Positions 37,098 through 48,769 of a stretch of DNA of 64,000 bases are shown here, piece after piece (within the stretch, counting starts at the first letter, position 1; every line of letters begins with the position of its first letter). The notes beneath the pieces were generated by a model, which was not told where the DNA came from, ran no database searches, and saw only the letters and a list, made by a program, of their open reading frames with translations. Source of the stretch: Octopus vulgaris (taxonomy: Eukaryota); the NCBI GenBank assembly GCA_951406725.2, contig OX597816.1:81592001-81656000 (forward strand), read 5' to 3'. The translations under genes and the position numbers were made by a program.

Positions 37098-40000
37098 ATA
37101 GATGTTTAGGGTCAGGTCTTAATTAAGCAATCTTAATGAATATTTCAATTCTTGATTTCTTGGAAGTTTTATATCATTGTTATTGCAATAAAACTAAGAT
37201 TCCATGTACCAATTTTTCCCCTTCTTTTTTTTTTTATTGAGTAAACAAAATCATATTGACAGGCCACAGGCATAGCTGTATGATTTAGAAGTTCACTTCA
37301 TAATCAATTGGTTCCTTATTTGATCTTGCTGCATGGCTCCTTAAGCAAGTATCCCCCACTCATCTTTGATCTGAATAAAGCTCAAAGCAAAATTTGGTAG
37401 ATGGAAGGTTTAGGGAAGTCTATAGAGTATGTGTGTGTATACACACACATCTAAATTGATTCTCAAAAGTGTTTAGCAATGCACTATGGTCATTTTGTCT
37501 ATCATACTTATTGTGTGTGTATGTAATGTATATAGAAGAATTGATGTGTCAAACAAAATTATCTTATGGTATCTCATTCCACTACCCATGTCCATTTTGG
37601 CTTTCTTTCTTCCCTTCTTTTGTTCTTATTTGAAAAAAGAAGTACCAGAAAAAGTACTTCAGTTGATAAAATCAACTAAAACCCTTGAAACCAGTGCCTC
37701 AATCAAGGACATTTATGAAATGAATTCAACAGAAGTTGAAACCTTATGATGATTCTTTACTGTTTACGCTACGGGACATGTCATTGAGTAATTAGATAAC
37801 TTCCAGCCTGTTTAATTACTGAATTATAAATGAATGAATTATTAATCTTAATTTAGCACAAGACTTTTAAGTTATGAGTGAAGGGGAAGCTTTACAGTTG
37901 ATCTGAGAGAAGATTAATGATTCTGTCCCAATTACTCATACTAAGTATTCAATAATATGTTTTGGGAACTTTGTTATTGGTAGCTCTGTAGAAGTAATTG
38001 GTATTCAAACCATCAGATCTGAAAAGTTAATTGTAATTTAATCATCCCCCAAAATTTTTAGCTACAGAAGTTAATTGATGAAATTTCACTGGTTTTTTAT
38101 TAATGTTTTTAAGCATGTGTTAAGGAGTGTGTTAAATAGATTATCACAATTCCATCAAATCACACCCTAAAAGTTTTTTTTATCTTCAAAAATTCAACTA
38201 ATGAATTCTAAAACAGAAAATCATCCCTTTCTAAGACCAGTAAATTTGGATAAATTTTCTGAAACAACAAATTTGATGTTTTGATTTCTGTAATGTTAAC
38301 AATTTTATATCTACAAACAAAAGCATATATGCATACATTTCCTGTCTTTCAGTGTAAAAGAAAAATTTCTTCTGAATCAGCTAACAACTATTAGATATAG
38401 TCTGAACATTTACATATTTAGTACTGATATTTTAGCTACTAAATTCTGTTCCTTCTATATTTTGTAACCAGCAATATAACTGAAGTTTAGTAAATTATAG
38501 TTTGAGTTCAACTGCCTCTGGCACTACACTGGGAACCTGGTAAAGATACTTAAATCTTTTTACCAGTGTACATCATTTTGAATAGACAGTTCACTGCTTT
38601 GAGCAACAGATGCATTGTCTAAGTGTTATCTGTAAAGTTCATATCTTTCCTTGGGTTCCAGAGAAAGCAAGTATATTCTCTTGAATCTGTTTCAAAAAGA
38701 CAATCTCCAGTGATGTCCCAATAACCCAAAACAGTCACAGGACATAACCTACATATATGTAATGATATAATGGACAAGTGGTTAAATTTCTAGATTACTG
38801 ATTTTCTATCCCTTCCCCAAAAATGGATTAATTCTACTATCTGCAAAGCACTATACACTGCATGTGTCTATTTATCTCAATTAACTTGACTGAAAAATTA
38901 TTACTTCTCTAATTGTATAGTTAGGGTGGCCATTTATAAAATAAGACATCTGCAGCAAAGCAATTTTGCTAAATTTGTCAGAACCATCTGTGTACGTGTG
39001 TGTCTTCGTGTTTGTCACGTCACCACCACTTGACAACTGATGTTGGTTTGTTTACACCTCAGTAACTTAGTTGTTTGACAAAAGAAATCAATAGAATAAG
39101 AACAAGCGTACTAGGGTTGGTTCAGTAAAATTCTTCAAAGTGGTACCCCAACATTGCTGCAGTCAAATGACTGGAACAAGTAAAAGATAAATCTTAGAGT
39201 AATAAAATGCCAAGTTAACAAATAAGGTTTGAACCAAAACAGCATATGTGCTGTTACCACTGTGCTAACCTGTCCCAATCCACTTGAATCTAACTGTGGA
39301 AAATAGATGTTGTCATTCTGTCTGCACTCCTCAGCTAAGGCTTTCAATTAGATAACCAGATTTATTTACATTATGCATATTTTAGGTATTCTGATCTATG
39401 CCGTGTTCTGCATAAATATGCACCAGATGAAAAACTGAGAGAGTAAAATAGGATTGAATAATGTAGTTATATGCTGAAATCATTTTGTAGAAGTGAAATT
39501 TAGGTCATGAATTCCTATCTAGTTGCTTCAGCTTACAAGCTATAGAAAACACAACCATAATGAATGACTCACAAGACACTTTATGTCTTTAAAATAATAA
39601 ATAATGTTCCAGAAAATCAGCTTATATCTCATAAAGTCAGTGTTTGAGTTACTGGCAAGTGATGGCTCAAGAAAACACTGGCCAAAACTGAAGTATGTTG
39701 CTTAAAGCCATTGAATATAGTAATTTCTTTGGATATACTGGCTGCAAAAAACTGATCTCCTATCAAAGAATTGTTTTCATTCACTAGGTTTTTTTTTTAT
39801 ATTTGTTCTTTGCAGTTCTACCGATTTTCCTAATTTTGATATTTTTTTTTTTTTTGCCATACAGGACCCCAAACAAAGGAGTTTCTGCATTAGCAATCTC
39901 CAGTCTTTTCTCATTGTGACCCATCAGTTATCTTCCATGACTGTTTTTAAATATTTATTTAAATATAATTCTCCAGAAATACCATGACAGCAATCCAAGT

Positions 40001-40305
40001 AAAACCAGTAAAAAAAATAAGTGTAGTGTGCATTTGGTTCTTTTCTTGGGGAAATACTCCTCAGTTTTTGTCATAAATGTGGGTTATTCATGAACATTTT
40101 ATATTTTGTCACATATTTCAAAAGATGAGGTTTTGTCTTCATAACTAATAGGTTGGAAATTGCTGCTCTACATATTCACTTGACATGCTAGAAATAACAA
40201 CCAAATCTCCCTCAAAAGTGCATTGTAACCATCTTAAAGAAAGAACACGGATAATGTAGTACTACATATTCATAAAAACATTGGATGTACACAATTGAAA
40301 TTCTT

Positions 40306-40534
40306 TTAACCCTTTAGCATTTGAACTGACCCATATCCAACCCAAATATTCTACATGCTTTATGTTAAAACCAGCCAGATCAAACCTCTCACACCTGCCC
40401 TACAATGTCATTCTAAAAATAAACAATCACATCATTGAAATTTCAAAACCACAAGATAATGTATAGTTAATACAAAACAATGTGAAGAAATAAGCATTAT
40501 ATTTGACAGAGTAATCTGAATGCTAAAGGGTTAA
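40306..40534 (+). mobile_element. piggyBac-type MITE, more diverged copy
   Basis: ttaa-ccctttagcatt…aatgctaaaggg-ttaa. Confidence 0.85.
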
Positions 40535-41106
40535 TTAGGGCTATAGAACACAGCTCAGTTAGAGCTATCTTGAGGTTAAACAACTACAACCAGTCTTCAA
40601 GGAAGAGTTGTGATAAAAAAATCAACCCCAATGAATTATAGGCATTTATTTAATCATCTTCATAGGAATGAAAGGCAAAGTTGGTTATGTTGAATTTGTG
40701 AGTTAAGATTAAACACTGTGAAGTATTTAGTCATAAACTGTGCCACTTCTGCCAACTTGCTGCCCTCATTCTTGCTAATATTGACTAGTAGCTACTTGAC
40801 TAATAGGATTTACTGCACTTCTTAGATATATTTCAGTCTGTTCATCACATTAATTCATGCATCAGTTATCTATTGCAGCTCATTGTGTTTTTAATTATTG
40901 CATCAATCAATTAGAAGGTGAGGGACAAAAATTAGAAAGCTATATCTATTGAAAGTAGGATCAACAAGAAATAATTAAGAGACTGTCATTTTTAAATTAC
41001 TTCTTTGATACTTTTGCACTTGAATGAACTATATTTTATTATTGCAATATTATAACTTTCTACAGGCATAAACCGCCTAAAAGATGACATTAATTTTGTT
41101 TCCATT

Positions 41107-41466
41107 TTGGTTGGAGAATTGTTCTCTGTGAACGAAAATGTCAGTGTTCTTAAGGTCGCTCGGCTAGGAAGATTCCAAGCGAACCCAACCGCAGATACTA
41201 GACCACGCCCAATAAGGGTAATCTTTTCTTCTGATCGGGAGGCTTCAGTCTTTCTGAACAGAGCTCAGACGCATGCCTGGGAGGACCCCAATATGGGTTT
41301 TCGCGAGGAATACTCACTAAGAGAGAGAATTCGCCGGAGGAACCTGATATCCGAGCTAAAGATGAGGAAACAAATGGGAGAGAAGGGTTTACGAATCCAA
41401 GATGGACAGATAATCAAGTCCTACCTCTGGTCCCATGCTGTAGTGCTGACAGGGAAAGGGATGTGA
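41107..41466 (+). CDS. LINE ORF1 C-terminal portion
   Basis: RLGRF…RPRPIRVIF…ER.RRR.L..ELK.R…GEKGL.I.DGQII is typical of CR1/L2-like ORF1 C-termini. It is 5' truncated. Confidence 0.8.
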   Translation: MVGELFSVNENVSVLKVARLGRFQANPTADTRPRPIRVIFSSDREASVFLNRAQTHAWEDPNMGFREEYSLRERIRRRNLISELKMRKQMGEKGLRIQDGQIIKSYLWSHAVVLTGKGM

Positions 41467-44351
41467 GGGCAAATCGAAGTGAAGTTGATACCCCCGTCAA
41501 CGATGCTATCTCTGATGCCCTTTATTCTGCTTGTTCCCCAACTCCCGCCCCTCAGACTTCACAGCTCAGCATCGTCTACACCAACTCGTGCTCCTTATTC
41601 CCAAAGTTCAGTGAACTATTTACACTGGCCATACGTGACTCCCCTGATGTGATAGCTATCACCGAGACTTGGCTGACTCCAGCAGTAAAGGACTCAGAAA
41701 TCCACCTGCAGGGCTACGTCCTTTTCAGATGTGACAGAGGAAAAGGGCGAGGTGGAGGTGTTGCTGTGTATGTTAAGTCTGAGCACAAACCGTCCTGCGG
41801 TATTCTACCCACAAATGCTCAACCTACAACCAAATTCGATGCCGTCTATTGCAAGCTGAGCCTATCTGAGTTTTGCCTGCCCGTGTTGGCTGTCTACAGG
41901 CCGCCTCTAGCCGACCCCCAGGACGATGCTCATCTACTCGAAGCGATAAGATTCGTTTCAGCTTCGCATGACTGCTTGGTACTAGGCGACTTCAACGCTC
42001 CCACGATCGATTGGCCCGCATCAATTTGTACAACATCTTCCCGGTTCGGCCAGGCCCTTCTTGACGTGGCTGAAGATTGTTTTCTATCGCAACATGTTGA
42101 ATATCCGACAAGGCATCGGTCTGGGCAGCAGCCATCTATGCTAGATCTGGTATTCTCCCGCTATCCAAGATCAGTGTCAGACGTATCTGTGTGCGCCCCT
42201 CTTGCCAAGAGTGATCATGCGGTCCTGAAGTTCGTCATGCACACAACTTTTTCCACGCCCGCGATTACTTCGCTGCCACGTAGAGTCTTCTCTGCAATTA
42301 ATCTTGAAATTCTAACTGAGGCTTCCGCGCTTCTGGACTGGCGATCCCTGATGACGTTGTCCTCAGTTGACGAACTATGGTCATCCCTCAAAGCATATGT
42401 AATCTGTTTGACTGACCAGGCAGTTCCCGTTGGGCTTCCCAAGAGGAAGAAACACAAGCCCTGGGTGACGAAGAAGGTTAAACGAGAACGTCAACTCAGA
42501 GATATTGCTTGGGCTGAATTCAAAAATCTGGATTCGACTGCAGCTTTTGAGGTGTACAAAACTCAACAAGACCGAGCCGTGAAAATTGAAAAGAAAGAAC
42601 GCTTCAGTTATGAATACAAAATCGCGGCAAATGCCAGTAGCAATCCAAAAACCTTCTTTGCCCATGTCCAGCGGAATTCCCGCTTGAACAACCAGATTGC
42701 AACGTTGGCAGACTCAACAGGCGTATCGATTGAGGACCCTTATCAACAGAGTCAATTATTTGCCGAAGCTTTTTCAACTATTTTCAAACAAGATGATGGT
42801 CGTGAACCCCCTCCATTTGATAGATCGGTACCTCCAATGCTTCGATTGATCATCACGCGGGACGAAGTCAAACGTGTTATTCAAGGCCTCGATGTCAACA
42901 AGGGTCACGGCCCTGACGGCATACACCCACGGGTTATCAAAGCGTTGGCTCCGGTCATCTGCGAGCCCTTAACACGACTATTCAATATGTCATTGGCGAC
43001 GGGTGTTATACCTGCAGACTGGAGAACAGCGATAATCTGCCCAATTTTCAAGAAAGGGAGCCGCGAAGACCCGCTTAACTACCGACCGGTTTCCCTTACA
43101 TCAATAATCAGCAAGATGTTCGAAACCATCCTTAAGAAAAGTATGATGCTCCACCTCCTAAACACAGCCTCGATCACTGATTCCCAACACGGCTTCGTGC
43201 CGAAGAGATCATGCTTGACCAACTTACTAGTAATGGAAGAATTGGTGACGCGCATCCTCGATGATAGTGATGCTGTTGACATCGTTTTATTGGACTTTGC
43301 CAAAGCTTTTGACTCGGTAAACCACCGCCTACTACTTGTCAAGCTTCAAGCATATAGTTTCCATCCGGATATTGTACGATGGGTTGGTGCCTTCCTCTCA
43401 GATCGCTCCTTCCAAGTTCAAGTTAATGGTTCGCGGTCCGACGTCTCCAGTGCGAGCAGTGGCGTGCCTCAAGGTTCAGTGCTTGGGCCCTTGTTGTTCT
43501 TAGTCTTCATAAATGACTTGCCCGATGACCTCACGCAACACACCCTTCTATTTGCCGACAATATCAAACTGGTCGCTCCTCGCGGTAGTATAGAGGATCT
43601 TCGTCGATGCCTCCACCAAATTTGGAAGCGGTCTCACGATTGGGACCTGTGTCTGAACGTGTCAAAGTGCTGTCATCTGCCTGTCGGCTCTACTCCTGCA
43701 ACTCAACTTGATTTCGAGCCGGGTCGTCTGCTGCTGGAGAGGACCGATCAGGTAAAGGACCTGGGTATCTTGGTGGATTCCTCCTTTTCGCCTTCGGCCC
43801 AGTGCGTCCATGCTGCCAACAAAGGGCACGAAATTCTGTTTTTGATTCGACGGTCATTCGGAATGCTCACAGCAGCCATATTCCTGCCACTCTATGTCAT
43901 GCTGGTGAGACCCATATTGGAGTATGGGATTCAAGCCTCTTCTCCTTATCTCCTCAAAGACATACAGCATCTCGAAAGAGTCCAGAGGCTGGCTACCCAC
44001 ATGGTTCATGGTCTCAAAAATTTGTCCTACGAAGAAAGGCTGAGGACGCTTGACCTTTATTCTCTTGAAAAACGCCGCCGCCGTGGTGATCTCATTCTCG
44101 CCCACAACATCATAAGCGGGAAGTGTAACCTCTCGAAAGAGCTGTTCTTCACTCCTGCTCCGGAGCGTCGGCTGCGGGGTCATTCCGAAAAGCTCTACCT
44201 GCGACGATTTCATCTCAATCGAAGGAGAGGAGCTTTCTCCGTCCGGGTTGCGGATCCGTGGAACAAGCTGCCAGACAAGATGGTGAAGATGCCGACGACC
44301 GCTTTGTTCAAAGCCTCCCTGGACCTCAAGTGGCCTGAACTCTTTACATGA
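41463..44351 (+). CDS. LINE ORF2: APE endonuclease plus reverse transcriptase (962 codons, catalytic motif reads FADN)
   Basis: APE motifs YTN, IAITETWL, GDFNAP, LDL and SDH. RT motifs YRPVSLTS, QHGF, LDFAKAFDSV, GVPQGSVLGPLLF, FADN and KDLG. CR1-type C-terminus RGH…WNKLP. Confidence 0.95.
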   Translation: MRANRSEVDTPVNDAISDALYSACSPTPAPQTSQLSIVYTNSCSLFPKFSELFTLAIRDSPDVIAITETWLTPAVKDSEIHLQGYVLFRCDRGKGRGGGVAVYVKSEHKPSCGILPTNAQPTTKFDAVYCKLSLSEFCLPVLAVYRPPLADPQDDAHLLEAIRFVSASHDCLVLGDFNAPTIDWPASICTTSSRFGQALLDVAEDCFLSQHVEYPTRHRSGQQPSMLDLVFSRYPRSVSDVSVCAPLAKSDHAVLKFVMHTTFSTPAITSLPRRVFSAINLEILTEASALLDWRSLMTLSSVDELWSSLKAYVICLTDQAVPVGLPKRKKHKPWVTKKVKRERQLRDIAWAEFKNLDSTAAFEVYKTQQDRAVKIEKKERFSYEYKIAANASSNPKTFFAHVQRNSRLNNQIATLADSTGVSIEDPYQQSQLFAEAFSTIFKQDDGREPPPFDRSVPPMLRLIITRDEVKRVIQGLDVNKGHGPDGIHPRVIKALAPVICEPLTRLFNMSLATGVIPADWRTAIICPIFKKGSREDPLNYRPVSLTSIISKMFETILKKSMMLHLLNTASITDSQHGFVPKRSCLTNLLVMEELVTRILDDSDAVDIVLLDFAKAFDSVNHRLLLVKLQAYSFHPDIVRWVGAFLSDRSFQVQVNGSRSDVSSASSGVPQGSVLGPLLFLVFINDLPDDLTQHTLLFADNIKLVAPRGSIEDLRRCLHQIWKRSHDWDLCLNVSKCCHLPVGSTPATQLDFEPGRLLLERTDQVKDLGILVDSSFSPSAQCVHAANKGHEILFLIRRSFGMLTAAIFLPLYVMLVRPILEYGIQASSPYLLKDIQHLERVQRLATHMVHGLKNLSYEERLRTLDLYSLEKRRRRGDLILAHNIISGKCNLSKELFFTPAPERRLRGHSEKLYLRRFHLNRRRGAFSVRVADPWNKLPDKMVKMPTTALFKASLDLKWPELFT

Positions 44352-44684
44352 ACACCACCCTGTACTTAACTCCATGTCCCCCTACATGGCCTTGCTATTT
44401 GCTTTTGAGCCAAATTAACTAACTAACTAACTAACTAACAAAGCCAACAGTTTTGGCAGGAAAAGGGTTAGTCAATATAATCAACTCCATTACTCGACTG
44501 TGTTTTATTTTATTAATCCCCAAATAATGAAAGGCAAAGTTGACATTGCTAAGATTTGAGCTCAGGATGTAAAGAGCCCAAAGAAATAATGAAAGGCATT
44601 TTTTTAGGGTGTTCTTATGATTCTGTCAGCTTTCTCCCTTATATTTTACCATTACAACTGATTATACTCTGTGAAAAGAAAAGT

Positions 44685-44795
44685 ATGTATGTATGCATGT
44701 ATGCACAGACACACACACACACATGCATGCCCACACAGACACACACATGCACGCCCACACAGACATACACACACACACGCATGCATGCATGCACT
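44685..44795. repeat. Compound (CA)n/(TGCA)n microsatellite
   Basis: Directly visible. Confidence 0.85.
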
Positions 44796-47368
44796 ACTCC
44801 CCACCTCAGCAGAGGGATCTTGCCTTGCAGGTTACTTAGTGACCTTGCTGGTGTTGGTACCATGTAAAAAGCATTCAGCATACTCTGTAAAGTGATTGGC
44901 ATCTGGAAGGACATCCAACCACAGAAACAATGTCAAAGCTTGCTGTAGATCTTGGTGTAGTCCAGCTCACCAGTTCCTGTCAAACGATCCAATAGATACA
45001 TATATCAAAACAGGAATGTTGAAATACAAAAAAATTTCCACTTTCCTGTTTTGTTATACGATAACTCTGCAAATAATATTTCCATAATTCCCATTTTTAA
45101 TATGTATTTTGACTAACATACAGCAGCAACTGTGGATACATATTGATTGTAATAATGGAAATGCCAAGAGGAAAAAGTTGGGATTTACCCAACTTAGTGA
45201 ACTGTCTTCTCCTGTCACTTTGGGATGATTATTTTGTGAATGAAATTTGAGAGGCAAAATCCGTGCAGCAGCCTGTAGTGTGTGTGTGTGTGTGCGTGCG
45301 CACGCACTTTACTTGTATCAAATTGCATCTCTTAGTCAAATCTGTAACTTAATTTAATAGAAATCGATAAAATAAATACCAATCTGAATTGAGTGAAGGG
45401 GTTAGGAGGATTGGCTTAAATTCTTTTCAACTGAATGACAAGCTAATAAGAAGAAAAGAAATTTCTATTTATAGTTCTTTTAGTGAAATAATCCGTAATA
45501 CAATTGAACTGTTGGGGAACTATTGGTGGTTTTCTTTGTTATGTAGTGATGTGAAAATATACTGGGGTTGCTTCCACTTACATTTACTTGTTAAAATTTG
45601 TGTTAATTTTACAAGCTAATAAGATGTTTCTTTATTATAATAATGCTCTAAAGTGGTGCAATGATAAAGATGATAGCATACCAAACTGTGTGACCTTTGA
45701 TATTTAATTTTTTTTCTTTTCATTCTGAGTTGCAATTTTGCTGCATCTATTTAGTTTTCATCATCTGTATTTGTTGTTGCTCAAATCCCCTTATATTCTG
45801 AGTTCTAACCCTTCTGATGTTGACTGGCTTTTATTGAAGTCAGCAAAACAAATAATGAGTACTATAGTTGAATAAACCAATTGTACCATCATATCCCAAA
45901 TTGGAAGCCTTCTACCAAATTTAGAAATCATTATTTACATTCTGTATTAAATTCTTACCAAGGGCAACTTTGCCTTTCATTCTTTCAAGATTGTATTGGG
46001 GTTGATGTGTTCATAATTGAAGTTCAAATCCCTTTGGAATAATAAAGTACTAATAATATTTTGGAATGAAATTTATCAGCTGTGTCCCTCTCCTATGAAA
46101 AAATGGCTTTGTACTCATCAAAAGAATTCAGTAATAATGATTTGTTACACAGTAATAAAGGCTCAGATTTTTAGGTGAGGAGAAGTGAGGTAACCATACT
46201 GTTTTGTACCTTTCCCAATATCATTAGTGACCTATGAGAAGTGATTCACTCTGAACTGAAACTGGATTAGTTGACCAAAATCTTACTGCACCACAATTCA
46301 ATCTTGTTTTCTGTGTGACATGATTCTTTCATCAGTTATTAGAAGGAAAGTTATTTCTTAGGAACTTGTAGAATTCTTTTACATGACAGGTAAACTGTTA
46401 ATGATATTTATATGCCAAATATGAACAATAAAGAAAATCATTACATATGAAGTAAAAAGTGGAAGGAAAACTGAGAATAGTCACTTAGGAAGGATCAAGG
46501 AAGTTAGACACTCTAAATGACCTCAACTCTAGACAACAGTATTATTGAACTGCAGGAAAAACTGAAGACTTATTCATCGGTGCCTACTTTTCATAAAATT
46601 CTCTGAAATAGAAAGTGATAAATATGTTGATGAAAAAAACAGAACCCCCTCCCCCTGACTGGCCTTTATCTCTTCAGCCTTGTTCACTTATTTTTTCTAA
46701 ATCTCATAGAAATAACACCCAAAATTCCTCAAATCAAACTTCAAGCCTTACAAAAAAAGTGAAAAAAAAAGAAAATGGATGGTTGTAGCTGGAAAGCTTT
46801 TCATCTTAGATTTGTCTTATCAGGGCTGACAACTACTTTTACTTCACAGGCTTAATTTCAGTTGATTAAAAGGTGCTTTTGGTTCACTACATTATGTAAC
46901 TATTGTATTTTTCATGCAGAAGGCAACCCTTAATTGTGTTTATGAAATTCTGCTTGACTTTTCATGGTAGCAGGACAGACCTCACAGTGATCTACATCGA
47001 CAGTCAAAACTAGCTCTCATAATGGCTAAATGTTATCAATTGCATAGAAGATGGATTCATGCCTTCTTTGCACTTCTATAACCACCCAAGTAGTTATATT
47101 TCATACCTATCCAACTTAATTTCTATTGTTAGTTGCTTAAAAAAGTAGCCCTAGTTCTATAGCATAGTGTAAATACAGAAGTAAATTTACACACAGGAGA
47201 AAGCACTTGGACTTTTGTTTCCAGGTGTCATTGTATTATTTTAAAAGCTTGTAACTGCTGGACCAAGATGGCATACTAGTCCACTGTTTCCTACATTATC
47301 CTCTCCAAATCCTCACCACATTAGTTGATTGTAAGATTGCATTGAGTGAATGTCTCTAGCCTTTTTCT

Positions 47369-47598
47369 TATTTCTTTATTGCCCACAAGGGGCTAAACAT
47401 AGAGGGAACAAACAAGGAGAGATAAAGGGATTAAGTTGATTACATCGACCCCAGTGCATAATTGGTACTTAATTTATTGACCCCGAAAGGATGAAAGGCA
47501 AAGTCGACCTCAGCGGAATTTGAGCTCGGAACCTAATGGCAGAGGAAATACTGCTAAGCATTTCGCCCGACATGCTAACGTTTCTGCCAACTCGCCAC
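47369..47598 (-). mobile_element. Meta-like SINE with target-site duplication
   Basis: Flanked by ctctagcctttttct (47354-47368) and ctctagccttttct (47599-47612). Confidence 0.88.
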
Positions 47599-47612
47599 CT
47601 CTAGCCTTTTCT

Positions 47613-48140
47613 GCAAGATGACTTGTTCAATAGCAGAAAAAGTGGAAATTGAGGAAGCATATGTGAGAACAAGTTCTGCTAAGCAAACGTGTGAAATTTT
47701 TGAAGTCAGGTTTCCAGGCAAAGACTTACTGACAAAAAGAATGATACAAATGTTGGTTGAGAAGTGGTGTACTATGGGGTCAGTGCACAATTCTCCAAGA
47801 CAAACAAACCCTACAGTTCAAATGCCAGAAGTTATTCAGTACAAGGATTACTCAAAGACCAAAGAAGTCAACACAAAAATTGGCACAGTAGTCTCACATA
47901 AGCAGGAGGTTATGCCAATGAGTGTTGAGAAGTCTAATGTTGAAGCCATGTGTACAGCAATTAAAAGTGGATGACAAGAGCTAATGAGTAAATTACTGCA
48001 CGTGGCTTCTGAATAGCAGTTACGAGCAGTCAAAATTAGATGATGACACTTGCAAATGAAAGACCATGTTTGTAAATTTATTTCTGTATTGACACTATGC
48101 TATCAAACCCGAGTTACTTTTTCATGGGCCACCCTGTATA
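47613..48140 (+). mobile_element. Tc1/mariner-superfamily relic (N-terminal HTH and right TIR)
   Basis: EKVEI.EAY…FEVRFPG…IQMLVEKW…GSV resembles the HTH region of mariner-like transposases. Ends …ggccaccctgTA, a Tc1/mariner-style end. The left TIR was not located. Confidence 0.7.
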
Positions 48141-48149
48141 ATCAGTAAC

Positions 48150-48413
48150 ACGTCACGGCACAGGTGCCAGCATCGCCTTACTGGCACCTGTGCCGGTGGC
48201 ATGTGTAAAAGGATTCGAGCAAGGTCGTTGCCAGTACCGCCTGACTGGCCCCCGTGCCGGTGGCACGTAAAAGCACCCACTACACTCTCGGAGTGGTTGG
48301 CGTTAGGAAGGGCATCCAGCAGTAGAAACTCTGCCAGATCAAGATTGGAACCTGGTGCAGCCATCTGGTTTGCCAGACCTCAGTCAAATCGGCCAACGAT
48401 GATGATGATGATG
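48150..48413 (+). mobile_element. Young RTE 3'-UTR-only copy
   Basis: CpG-intact version of the same 3' UTR with a (GAT)n tail. Confidence 0.8.
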
Positions 48414-48769
48414 ACTTTCTGTATTGGCACAGACTAGTAGTCGTATTTGATGAAAGATAAAAGTTTATCTCTGTGCATGGTTTGAAGTCAGAAAATATCT
48501 CACAGTGGGTGCAGTTATGAGTTGTAAATGATTTGAAGTCAGGATACGAAGAGACGAAACTAAAATAGTGTATAATAATTGAGTGTGGCATTAACAATTC
48601 ACTGTCTCACAATATAATAATAATAATAATAATAAGGTACAGATTTTTTTATAGTGAAGCAACCTCATATCTTAGACATAACTCTACATTTTATACCCCA
48701 CCTCATCCCACTTCCAACTTCGTTTACTTATAACTTTCTTAACAATCCTCTTTTTAAAGGAAATTTTGC

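Larger units (their letters stand above)
41070..44439 (+). mobile_element. Young 5'-truncated CR1-type LINE (ORF1 C-terminus, ORF2, 3' UTR, (TAAC)6 tail)
   Basis: Abrupt rise in GC and CpG content and two ORFs. 3' stem-loop ccatgt-ccccct-acatgg at 44372-44389 and tail at 44416-44439. Interrupts an older SINE end (…tacaggcata | aaagccaacag…). Confidence 0.93.

Noticed and set aside
42215-44375. Antisense and alternate-frame ORFs within the LINE
   Set aside because: Shadow ORFs of the GC-rich ORF2 with no motifs.
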